64,000 nt of DNA from an uncultured Acidobacteriota bacterium (GTDB taxonomy: Bacteria > Acidobacteriota > Vicinamibacteria > Vicinamibacterales > UBA8438), in the NCBI GenBank assembly GCA_913043225.1, contig CAJWLU010000001.1:160001-224000 (forward strand). The letters are read 5' to 3'. The position numbers and the translations under genes are program-made. How positions within the stretch are numbered: the stretch's first letter is position 1; the number at the start of each line of letters is the position of its first letter. Below the pieces are notes generated by a model that saw nothing but the letters and a program-made list of their open reading frames with translations, made no database searches and had not been told where the DNA came from. Of the stretch, positions 28,319 to 36,958 are shown one piece after another.

Positions 28319-29679
28319 GCTCGACTCGAGTGCTGCCCCGACGCACGGTGCTGCGCGGCCTGGGAGCGACCCTAGCGCTTCCCGTCCTCGACGCCATGAC
28401 ACCGGCCTATGCCCGCGGCGCCGCGGCTCAGATCGCCACGCCGGATCGAATGGCCTTCGTGTATGTGCCAAACGGCATCATCATGGATGCCTGGACCCCA
28501 CCCGGGGTGGACGGGACCTTCCCGCTACCGGCCGCACTGCCCCGCATCCTGCAGCCGGTGACCGGCTTCAGCGACCAGTTCTCGATCCTGTCGGGTCTAA
28601 CCCATAACAGGGGCCGCGCCCTGGGCGACGGTCCGGGCGACCACGCCCGCGCCGGCGCCAGCTATCTGACCGGGACACACCCCAAGAAGACCTACGGCGC
28701 AGACATCCATGCCGGTGTGTCTGCCGACCAAATGGTGGCCGAGTCTCTGCGGGGTGAGACACGGCTGGCATCACTCGAGATCGGCTGTGAGGAAGGACTC
28801 TTTGGCGGCAACTGCGACAGTGGCTACAGCTGCTCCTACAGCAACACCATCTCGTGGCGCACGCCCTCGTCCCCCATGCCGCAGGAGATCAGCCCACGCG
28901 CGGTGTTCGAGCGACTGTTCGGCACCGACGACTTCGACCCAGACCCGGTGCGCCGCGCTCGGCGCGCGCGGCGCGACCAGAGCGTGCTGGACCTGGTTCA
29001 GGAAGAGGCGCGGAGCCTCCAGATCACGCTGGGTCCCACCGACCGGCGGAAGCTGGATGAGTACCTGTTCTCAGTGCGTGACATCGAGCGCCGTATTCAA
29101 GCCGCCGAACAGGCCGAAGCCGTCGATCCCGGCATGGCTCGCCCACAGCGGGGCGTCCCCCATAGCTTCATCGAGCACGCGCGGCTGATGTTCGATCTGA
29201 TGGCGGTGGCCTTCGAAGCCGACATCACCCGTGTTATCACCTTCATGGTCGGTCTCGAACTGGGGAACAAGGTCTACCACGAGACGGGAATCACCGAAGC
29301 CCACCACGGTCTGACCCACCATCGTGGCGATCCAGACAAAATCGAGAAGATCACCAAGCTAAACCGGTTCCACGTCGAACAGTTCGCCCACCTGCTCGAC
29401 CGACTATCACGCGCCGAAGAGGGGGACGCTTCGGTGCTGGATCACACAATGCTCGTCTACGGCGGAGGCATCTCAGACGGCAACCGCCATCTGCATCACG
29501 ACCTGCCGACGCTGCTGGCCGGTCGCGGGAACGGACGCTTCACACCTGGCCGGCACGTCTCGCTCCCGCCCGAGACACCGATGGCCAACCTGCTGGTCAC
29601 AATGCTGGACCAAATGGGACTCCCTGGAGAGACGCTTGGCGACAGCACCGGCTCGCTCGAGGAGTTAACGGACCTGTAG
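28315..29679 (+). CDS. DUF1552 protein with twin-arginine signal
   Basis: PRRTVLRG, YVPNG, GDH, GNCDSGYSCSY, PRAVFERLFG, HHGLTHH; ATGA overlap. Confidence 0.88.
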   Translation: MSSTRVLPRRTVLRGLGATLALPVLDAMTPAYARGAAAQIATPDRMAFVYVPNGIIMDAWTPPGVDGTFPLPAALPRILQPVTGFSDQFSILSGLTHNRGRALGDGPGDHARAGASYLTGTHPKKTYGADIHAGVSADQMVAESLRGETRLASLEIGCEEGLFGGNCDSGYSCSYSNTISWRTPSSPMPQEISPRAVFERLFGTDDFDPDPVRRARRARRDQSVLDLVQEEARSLQITLGPTDRRKLDEYLFSVRDIERRIQAAEQAEAVDPGMARPQRGVPHSFIEHARLMFDLMAVAFEADITRVITFMVGLELGNKVYHETGITEAHHGLTHHRGDPDKIEKITKLNRFHVEQFAHLLDRLSRAEEGDASVLDHTMLVYGGGISDGNRHLHHDLPTLLAGRGNGRFTPGRHVSLPPETPMANLLVTMLDQMGLPGETLGDSTGSLEELTDL

Positions 29680-29724
29680 ATAACACCAGATACCTTGCAC
29701 ACTCAACAGTGATTGGATCACCCA

Positions 29725-30657
29725 ATGACGACACGACGCACGCTCCTCACCACTCTCGCGACCCTGATACTCGCCACCCCGACGCTGGCTCAGAACTACA
29801 CACAGCCCACGACGCCGGACGGACAACCGGACATCTCAGGGATCTGGACCAGCTTCGACACAACCCCCTTCGAGGTTGAGACCCCAGAGGTCCTCGCCGA
29901 CCTCAAAGCGCTGGCCTACTGGTTCCCAGGCGTCGACGGCGGCGAGGGCGGCCCCGGCGTCGGCCCGTCCGGTGACTTCTCGCAGGCCGAGCCGCATGCC
30001 GCCCAGAACCAGCGGCGACGCTCAATGGTGGTCGACCCGCCAACGGGCCAGGTTCCGATCCTGGACTCGGCGAGATCGGTGCGAGACGACAACCTTAATC
30101 GTCTCGCCGATCACTGGGTGCACAACACGCCCTGGGAGCGCTGCATCACCCGCGGCGTACCCGGAAACATGTTTCCGACTTACAACACCGGCCACCTGAT
30201 CCTGCAGATCCCTGGCTACGTGATCATCTCGTCAGAAATGATCCATGTCAGCCGCATCATCCCGATCGATAACACCCCGCGGCCGCCGGGCGCCATCCGT
30301 CAGTGGAACGGCAACTCACGCGGCCACTGGGAGGGCAACACGCTGGTGGTTGAGACGGTGGGCTACAACACCAAGGGCACAGTGGGCACCAACGTAGCGA
30401 CCCGCAGGATTCGCGGTATCCCTCAGAGCGAAGAGATGAAGGTCGTCGAGCGCTTTATCCGGGTCGACGAGGACAACATGACCTACCAGGTCACCGTCGA
30501 GGACCCGAACGCCTTCGAACACGCTTGGACCGTTGAGCTGCCGATGAACTACTCGCCGGACTACCGCATCCTCGAATACACCTGCCACGAAGGAAACTAC
30601 GGGCTGGAGAACACCCTACGCGGCGGCCGCGCCGAGGACAAGGCGCGGGGTCAATAG
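29725..30657 (+). CDS. Exported conserved hypothetical protein (DGxPDISGIW...EYTCHEGN family)
   Basis: Signal peptide; paralog of 10494..11504. Confidence 0.8.
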   Translation: MTTRRTLLTTLATLILATPTLAQNYTQPTTPDGQPDISGIWTSFDTTPFEVETPEVLADLKALAYWFPGVDGGEGGPGVGPSGDFSQAEPHAAQNQRRRSMVVDPPTGQVPILDSARSVRDDNLNRLADHWVHNTPWERCITRGVPGNMFPTYNTGHLILQIPGYVIISSEMIHVSRIIPIDNTPRPPGAIRQWNGNSRGHWEGNTLVVETVGYNTKGTVGTNVATRRIRGIPQSEEMKVVERFIRVDEDNMTYQVTVEDPNAFEHAWTVELPMNYSPDYRILEYTCHEGNYGLENTLRGGRAEDKARGQ

Positions 30658-30669
30658 CGACGCCATCCG

Positions 30670-31878
30670 CTAGTTCTGGCCACTCGTCGAGGTCGTACTC
30701 GTGTGTCCGACCTCAGCGGAGCGCCATCTGAGGAGTCCGTCCTCTCGTTCGGTCCAGAACACGCGGAACCCCTCGCCCGTCGTCACCACCAGCGGGTGGG
30801 ATGCGACGGCTTCTGGGCGAGAAAGCCGCATCTCTGGGACCCACCCTTCGCCGCCGGCGACCGAGCGAGAGGCCCAGATTGCACCCGACTCGTCCCACAC
30901 GGCGACCGCGGTCGAACCGGCAGTCGCCAGATCCCCGTGACGGGCCCGCTCGCCGCCCATCCTCACGGGCGACGACCACGAGTTGCCGTCGTCGGCCGAA
31001 CGGACCACATACAGGCCGTGCCGCTCCTCATGGCCTGTCCAGACAAGCGCGACGAGCTGTCCCAATACGCCGCCACTGATCCAACCAAGCCCTCCACCCA
31101 CGTGGGGGCAACCAGGAAATTCCCAGTCGAACTCGCCCACCGTGCCGCCGAGCGTCCAGCTCGCGCCTCCGTCGTCGGTCGTCGCCAAGCGCATATCTCG
31201 CACGCCGTGGTCCCGATAGAGGACGTGTACCAGCCGTTCTGGAGTGGTGGCCATACGATTCCAACAGCAGGCGCAACTTGAGTCGTCAGCCAGCTGGCTG
31301 TGCTCCCACGTGGCACCATAGTCGGTCGAGCGAGCCACCCCGAGACCTCGTCGTGCCGGTCCGTCATGACTCCCGATCCAGGCCACGTAGAACACGCCCG
31401 CGACATCGGCGGTCATGTCGGCGAAGGTCTGCGCGTCGGCAGGGTCGTTGCCGGCAGGACCCGCCACCGGGCGCCAGGTAAGCCCCCCGTCACTGGAGCG
31501 CGCGGTCACCATCGGTCCGGCGCCGAACCGGGACGAGCCGGTGGTAGACCACTGCACCAGCACATGGTCGCCATGGGCCACCACTTGAGGCTCATTGCCT
31601 CGGCTGGCGATCGAGATCGGCGCGCTGGAGGTGTCTATGCGCCGGCGCGGGCTCCAGGTCTGCCCACCATCGGTCGAGCGCTGGTGACCGAGTTCCAGCT
31701 GCGAACCGCGCCGTTCGGTGGTGAGCAGATCAAGGACCGGCCCCTGCGCGAACACGTCCAGCGAAGCGATGCCGTCCCCGGCCGCGGGCCGCGCCGGACG
31801 CCCATGCTGGGCGACGGTGGAGGCGGCCACTGTCAATAGGAGCGCCAAGGCTCCCACGTTACGTCTTAGGTTCGTCAT
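30670..31878 (-). CDS. Exported BNR/Asp-box (sialidase-like) beta-propeller with CxCC and GCPH motifs
   Basis: STDGGQTW, SSDGGLTW, STDYGATW, TDDGGASW, SADDGNSW; SCACCW and PGCPHVG. Confidence 0.82.
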   Translation of the reverse strand: MTNLRRNVGALALLLTVAASTVAQHGRPARPAAGDGIASLDVFAQGPVLDLLTTERRGSQLELGHQRSTDGGQTWSPRRRIDTSSAPISIASRGNEPQVVAHGDHVLVQWSTTGSSRFGAGPMVTARSSDGGLTWRPVAGPAGNDPADAQTFADMTADVAGVFYVAWIGSHDGPARRGLGVARSTDYGATWEHSQLADDSSCACCWNRMATTPERLVHVLYRDHGVRDMRLATTDDGGASWTLGGTVGEFDWEFPGCPHVGGGLGWISGGVLGQLVALVWTGHEERHGLYVVRSADDGNSWSSPVRMGGERARHGDLATAGSTAVAVWDESGAIWASRSVAGGEGWVPEMRLSRPEAVASHPLVVTTGEGFRVFWTEREDGLLRWRSAEVGHTSTTSTSGQN

Positions 31879-32012
31879 CCCTATCATTCCCTTGAGATAT
31901 CTGTCTCGCGTCTGGGTTCAGGTCGCGGTGTAGCGCTACGTGACCAAGCAGCGGCTCGACCCGTGAGGGCCCAGCCTGGCGAACACCGGGACCAGCAGTC
32001 GTGCCGGACGGA

Positions 32013-32453
32013 CTATGCGCGAGGGGGTGGAATCTCGATGCGAGAAGGTACGGTCGGACCGCTGACATGTCGGTCCTCAACTCGTTGGGCCAGGGATGGG
32101 CGAGAAAGCAACATGACCGCGGAGGTCATGAGCGCGGGTGACCCAAACGCGACCTCGGGGGTAAATTCGTCGTCGCAGCACACCTGACCGTTATCGCCTG
32201 AGGTATGGCGGCTGGCAGGCGAGGCATCATCGCTCAAGCCATGTGCCGCGTGGCCACCGATGCCGGCCCGATCCCCAACGTAGGACGAAGACGGCCCAGA
32301 ATCGCCGAGGTGCAGCGGACAGTGGTCGCCCGGCTCCGGTGTCTCTACATGCGAGAAACAGCAGAGGGCGAGCGCGGCGGCAGCGAGTGCCGTAACGTGA
32401 CCGCCGAGGACCGCAGCGGTAACTAGCGAGAGGCGCGAACGAAGGAAGAACAT
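32013..32453 (-). CDS. Cys/His-rich small protein ending in PPPRA (DUF2946-like leader candidate)
   Basis: N-terminal hydrophobic segment, CC, HCPLH, HAAH, CC, C-terminal PPPRA-stop. Confidence 0.65.
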   Translation of the reverse strand: MFFLRSRLSLVTAAVLGGHVTALAAAALALCCFSHVETPEPGDHCPLHLGDSGPSSSYVGDRAGIGGHAAHGLSDDASPASRHTSGDNGQVCCDDEFTPEVAFGSPALMTSAVMLLSRPSLAQRVEDRHVSGPTVPSRIEIPPPRA

Positions 32454-32469
32454 GCTTGCGGTGAGCAAT

Positions 32470-33759
32470 CTAGCGGAAACCGAGATCAAGTGCAACGATC
32501 CGCTCGCGGTCACGTGCATAAAGCGTCGTCCCCGAGAGCGTCGGCACCGTCCAGGTGCGGGTGTCGAAGAGCGGTGTGCTCGCCAGTCTCTCAAGACCAG
32601 ACGGACTGAGCCGCACCAGCGACAGGTCGCCGTCTTCTTCCATCAGAATCGCCTTCCCATCGGCCTGCACCATAGTAGCCCTGGAGAAGCCACGCTCTCG
32701 CCACGCAGTCTCACCCGACTCCAGATGGGTCGCGGTCAGGATTGCCGTGGCACTCTGGCCGCTTGTCCCGTAGATAAAGTCTCCTATCTTCAGCACGTTA
32801 AGGAACGTAAACCGCAGACGCGGGTCGGCCCAGAGCAGCTCCGTGTAGGTGACGTCGTCATCCGGTATCAGCCGGATGGCCTGGCTACCTCCGATGTAGC
32901 CCGAAGAAGAAAATAGCACCCCGGTGTCCTGGTCGTAGATCGGGACCTGGAAGTTGAAGTCATTGCCAGCATCGTGCGGGTGGGTCCACAGCACTCTGCC
33001 GTCATCGGGATCCATCCCGAACACGCCCTGACCGGCGAACACCACGGCCTGGGCACGACCGGCCACCTCGATGAGCCCGACCGGCGCGTGGGACACGAGG
33101 AAGCTACCGCTTCGCCACACCACCTCGCCGTCACGCTGCCGGAACGCCATCACCGCCTGCCCGGGCCCACCCACCTGGAGCAGGATCATGTCCCGGTAGG
33201 GCGTGGGGCTCATCCCAGAACCCGGCTTGATCATCGAACGGATCAGCAACGGGGGCGCGCCGAAGTCGTCGATCAGGTTTCGCTCCCAGATCAACTCGCC
33301 AGTCGCCGAGTCGAGCACATGGAGTTCCTTGTTGCTCCCCACCGCGAACAACCGTCCATCGACCAGGAGCGGAGTCGCGTGGGGCCCGGCGCCTTGGCCG
33401 AAGTCCTGATTCATCGAATCGTAGGCGTACTCCCAAAGCATCTCGCCGGTGCCGGCGTCGAGGGCTACCACAGCCTCGCGTGGCGTCCAGGGACTTCCGC
33501 CACCTTCGCCGTGCGATTCCCGATACATGGTGTACAGACGACCGTCGGCCACCAGGATTGCGGTGTGGCCCGCCCCGAGCGGGCGGCTCCACAATTCGGG
33601 CGGTCCGCCCTCTGGCCACTGCTCGGCGAGGCTGGTCGACGCCGCCAAGAAATCGCCGCTCGGACCACCCCACTGCGTCCACTCCCCTTCCTGAGCGCCA
33701 CCCTGCGCAGGTGCCCCTAGCAACGCCGCCACCACGACCAAGAGTCTCCAGACAGTCAT
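32470..33759 (-). CDS. PQQ-like/BamB-type beta-propeller exported protein
   Basis: W.QWGGP, WP..GPPELWSR, ALDA.TG...W repeats, TWTVPTLSG..LY.RD. Confidence 0.82.
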   Translation of the reverse strand: MTVWRLLVVVAALLGAPAQGGAQEGEWTQWGGPSGDFLAASTSLAEQWPEGGPPELWSRPLGAGHTAILVADGRLYTMYRESHGEGGGSPWTPREAVVALDAGTGEMLWEYAYDSMNQDFGQGAGPHATPLLVDGRLFAVGSNKELHVLDSATGELIWERNLIDDFGAPPLLIRSMIKPGSGMSPTPYRDMILLQVGGPGQAVMAFRQRDGEVVWRSGSFLVSHAPVGLIEVAGRAQAVVFAGQGVFGMDPDDGRVLWTHPHDAGNDFNFQVPIYDQDTGVLFSSSGYIGGSQAIRLIPDDDVTYTELLWADPRLRFTFLNVLKIGDFIYGTSGQSATAILTATHLESGETAWRERGFSRATMVQADGKAILMEEDGDLSLVRLSPSGLERLASTPLFDTRTWTVPTLSGTTLYARDRERIVALDLGFR

Positions 33760-34307
33760 CGGCCCGGCACCTCCTGCGGAAAATCTTTGCACGGCATCGC
33801 CCACTGCTTGCAGTCGCCGACCGGCACGTTGCGATAGTAGACGAGCTGGTTGCGGATCTCACCGGCGGATGTCGTGGTGGTGACCTCGATCGTCAGTCGG
33901 TCGCCGTCGAGCGTCATCACCTCGTGCATCTGCATCTCGCCCATGGTTCCCTCGGCGACGAGGCGCTCCCCGTCCCACCGGGACGCCACCAGCATCGAGG
34001 TGTCACGTCCCACGGGAATCGTCAGCTCGCGACCCGGGGCATAGGACCAAGCCTTCAGCCCATTGGTCTCGGCCCCGATGAGGACCGTGCCGTTGGCAGC
34101 CTGGGTAATAAACAGCCGGTCGATGTCGTCGCCCCCACGTCCCCCGCTGAACGCGGGCGCGGTGTAAGACGACGCCTCGGCGTCGAGGGTCCACATACCC
34201 GAGAAATCTGGCCCCTGGGCCTGGACCAGGCCGACGCTCGTAAGCCAGATCCAGATCGCCAGCATCCCGGTACGACGCCCCACGCGCCACCACTGCCTAC
34301 TCTGCAT
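33756..34307 (-). CDS. Exported hypothetical protein
   Basis: Signal peptide, PDFSGMWTLD; ATGA overlap with downstream gene. Confidence 0.7.
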   Translation of the reverse strand: MQSRQWWRVGRRTGMLAIWIWLTSVGLVQAQGPDFSGMWTLDAEASSYTAPAFSGGRGGDDIDRLFITQAANGTVLIGAETNGLKAWSYAPGRELTIPVGRDTSMLVASRWDGERLVAEGTMGEMQMHEVMTLDGDRLTIEVTTTTSAGEIRNQLVYYRNVPVGDCKQWAMPCKDFPQEVPGR

Positions 34308-34471
34308 GTCGATACCCTCAGTCTCCGTCGTCCCGCGGTCTGACGCAACCCGCCGCGCGAACCGACCACTATAATCGGCAGGTTCGGTCCACTTCGGCCA
34401 GCATGCCTGGGCCGCCTTCACTACTGACGCCAGCGCTCACTGTGGCGCTTCTCCAGGAGAACGGATTCCCA

Positions 34472-34957
34472 ATGTTGACCCACATCCTGCACGCCTACGA
34501 CCTCCAGCTAAAGACGGCCAAGCGACTGCTTGCCGATATCCCAGACGACCAGATGTGCACTCAGCCTAACGGCCTGGTCAACCACCCGACCTGGAGCCTG
34601 GGCCACCTGGTGGTCTCCGCCAACGGCGTCGGCAAGATGATCGGGATCGAGCCTGGCATGCCCGAAAACTGGGGCGAGCTGTTCAAGACCGGCGGCACCC
34701 CGAGCGATGACCCGACCGGGATGCCGAGCAAGGCGGAGCTCCTCTCGGAGCTCGAGCAGTTGCACGAGCGCTATAAGGCCGCACTACCGAACGTTAACCA
34801 GTCCGTCCTCGACGCCGAGACCCCCAACGAGCAAACCCGCGCCTACTTCCCCACGGTGGGCTCCATGGTGGTGTTCATCATGACCAGCCACGAGATGGAC
34901 CACCTCGGACAGGTGGCCGCGTGGCGTCGGGCCGCGGGACTCGGATCGGCAAGCTGA
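34472..34957 (+). CDS. DinB family protein
   Basis: NHP.WSLGHL and HEMDHLGQ His triad; AGGAG upstream. Confidence 0.85.
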   Translation: MLTHILHAYDLQLKTAKRLLADIPDDQMCTQPNGLVNHPTWSLGHLVVSANGVGKMIGIEPGMPENWGELFKTGGTPSDDPTGMPSKAELLSELEQLHERYKAALPNVNQSVLDAETPNEQTRAYFPTVGSMVVFIMTSHEMDHLGQVAAWRRAAGLGSAS

Positions 34958-35092
34958 TCGCGTCCCCCAGGGGTGTGGCAGGTCCCGCAGCCGGCGTCCT
35001 CGACTCGGGTGTCAGATCCTGCCCACCCACCACCTGCGCTTGCACCCGGTCACCTGTCGCCGCCGGCTTGCACGTCCCACTCGACGAGAAAC

Positions 35093-36958
35093 ATGGTCCC
35101 GTCCGCCACTGACGACCAGCTCGAAGCGACGCTGGCCCGTTTCTGGGGCTATCGCGCGTTCCGCCCGCTACAACGCGAGGCGATCGAAGCCAACCTTGAG
35201 AACCGGGACAGCGTGGTGGTCCTGCCCACCGGCGGGGGTAAATCCCTGTGCTTCCAGATGCCGGCCCTGGTCAGGTCGGTAGCAGGTCCCGGCCTCGTGG
35301 TGTCGCCCCTGGTGTCGCTGATGAAGGACCAGGTCGACGGCCTCCTGGCTAGCGGCATCCCAGCCGCCGCCCTCAACAGCTCGCTCACGCCCGACGAACG
35401 GCGCCAGACCCACGACGCGCTCGACGCCGGGGCATGCCGGCTACTGTATGTCACACCCGAACGCCTGGTCGGCGAAGGTGGCGAGAGTTTCCGCGCGCGG
35501 CTCCACCGCTGGGGCGTGCAGTTCGTGGCCGTCGACGAGGCGCACTGCATCAGCCAGTGGGGACACGAGTTCAGGCCGGAATATCGACAACTGGCGCGGC
35601 TACGCGAAGAGTTTCCCGAGCTCGGAGTCCACGCCTTCACAGCCACCGCTACTCAGCAAGTACGCGACGACATTGCCTCACAACTGGCACTACGGGAGCC
35701 CGAGATGCTCGTGGGCTCCTTCGACCGGCCGAACCTGGTGTATCGGGTGCTCGTACGCACAGGCGTCAAAGACCAGATCCAGCGGGTACTCGACCGCCAT
35801 CTGGGCGAAGCCGGCATCATCTATTGCGTCTCCCGCAAAGAGGTCGAACAGCTCGCCACCTGGCTCAAGTCGTCGGGCCATCGCGCCCTGCCTTACCACG
35901 CCGGTCTGTCGGACGACACGCGCCGTCGGCATCAGGAAGCCTTCCTCGAAGAGCGTGCCGATACGATGGTCGCCACGGTCGCCTTCGGCATGGGTATCGA
36001 CCGCTCGAACATCCGCTATGTGATCCACGCCGGCTCACCACGATCGCTCGAGCACTACCAGCAGGAATCGGGACGCGCCGGCCGGGATGGCCTCGAGGCC
36101 GAGTGCGTGCTGTTCTACTCGGGCGCCGACTACGCCCGCTGGCGACAGATGCTCGAACAAAGTGGCGAGCTCTCGGACCAGGCTCGGCGTCTACTTCGGG
36201 ACATAGAACGCTACGCGGGCGGTACCAGGTGTCGACACGCCGTGCTGGTCGAGTATTTCGGACAGGCCTATACCCAGGACAGCTGCAACGCCTGCGACTG
36301 GTGCCTGAAAGAGCTAGAACCGGTGACCGACTCCCTGACCCTGGCGCAGAAGATTCTGTCAACGGTGGTCCGGCTGGGACAAAACTTCGGCATGGGCCAC
36401 GTCATCGATGTCCTGCGGGGCCGCACCACCGAACAGGTCAGCAGGGGGAGCCACCAGGAGTTGAGTACTTTCGGCCTGCTGGCCGACACCCCAATCGCTG
36501 AGCTCCGCGGCTATCTCGATCAGCTGACGCAACAGGAGCTGCTGCAGCGGACCGACGGTCCCTATCCCGTGCTCCAGCTGACTGACACCGGAGTGACGGT
36601 GCTCAAAGGACAGGGCCTCGTTGAGCTGTATCGCCAGCCTCGGCCGGCCCCCGGACAGCGGCGACGCCGCGACCGCGCCGACCCGGCGGCCTGGGAGGGG
36701 GTAGACCGCGGACTGTTCGAAGCGCTGCGTGAGTGCCGGATGGAGATCGCGCGCGCCCGCGGCGTTCCTCCGTATGTGGTCTTCCACGACAACACGCTTC
36801 GGGACCTGGCGCGCCGACGCCCCACCTCACCACAGGAGCTCCTGCAGGTCTACGGCATCGGTGCCCGGAAGGCCGACGACTTCGGCCCGATCGTACTCAG
36901 AGTGATTCAGGAGTACGAGGGACACACCGACACCGATGCGGCAGAACCACCTCAGTAG
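35093..36958 (+). CDS. recQ: ATP-dependent DNA helicase RecQ
   Basis: PTGGGKS, DEAHCISQWGHEFRP, QESGRAGRDG, Zn-binding Cys, RQC and HRDC (VPPYVVFHD) domains. Confidence 0.95.
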   Translation: MVPSATDDQLEATLARFWGYRAFRPLQREAIEANLENRDSVVVLPTGGGKSLCFQMPALVRSVAGPGLVVSPLVSLMKDQVDGLLASGIPAAALNSSLTPDERRQTHDALDAGACRLLYVTPERLVGEGGESFRARLHRWGVQFVAVDEAHCISQWGHEFRPEYRQLARLREEFPELGVHAFTATATQQVRDDIASQLALREPEMLVGSFDRPNLVYRVLVRTGVKDQIQRVLDRHLGEAGIIYCVSRKEVEQLATWLKSSGHRALPYHAGLSDDTRRRHQEAFLEERADTMVATVAFGMGIDRSNIRYVIHAGSPRSLEHYQQESGRAGRDGLEAECVLFYSGADYARWRQMLEQSGELSDQARRLLRDIERYAGGTRCRHAVLVEYFGQAYTQDSCNACDWCLKELEPVTDSLTLAQKILSTVVRLGQNFGMGHVIDVLRGRTTEQVSRGSHQELSTFGLLADTPIAELRGYLDQLTQQELLQRTDGPYPVLQLTDTGVTVLKGQGLVELYRQPRPAPGQRRRRDRADPAAWEGVDRGLFEALRECRMEIARARGVPPYVVFHDNTLRDLARRRPTSPQELLQVYGIGARKADDFGPIVLRVIQEYEGHTDTDAAEPPQ

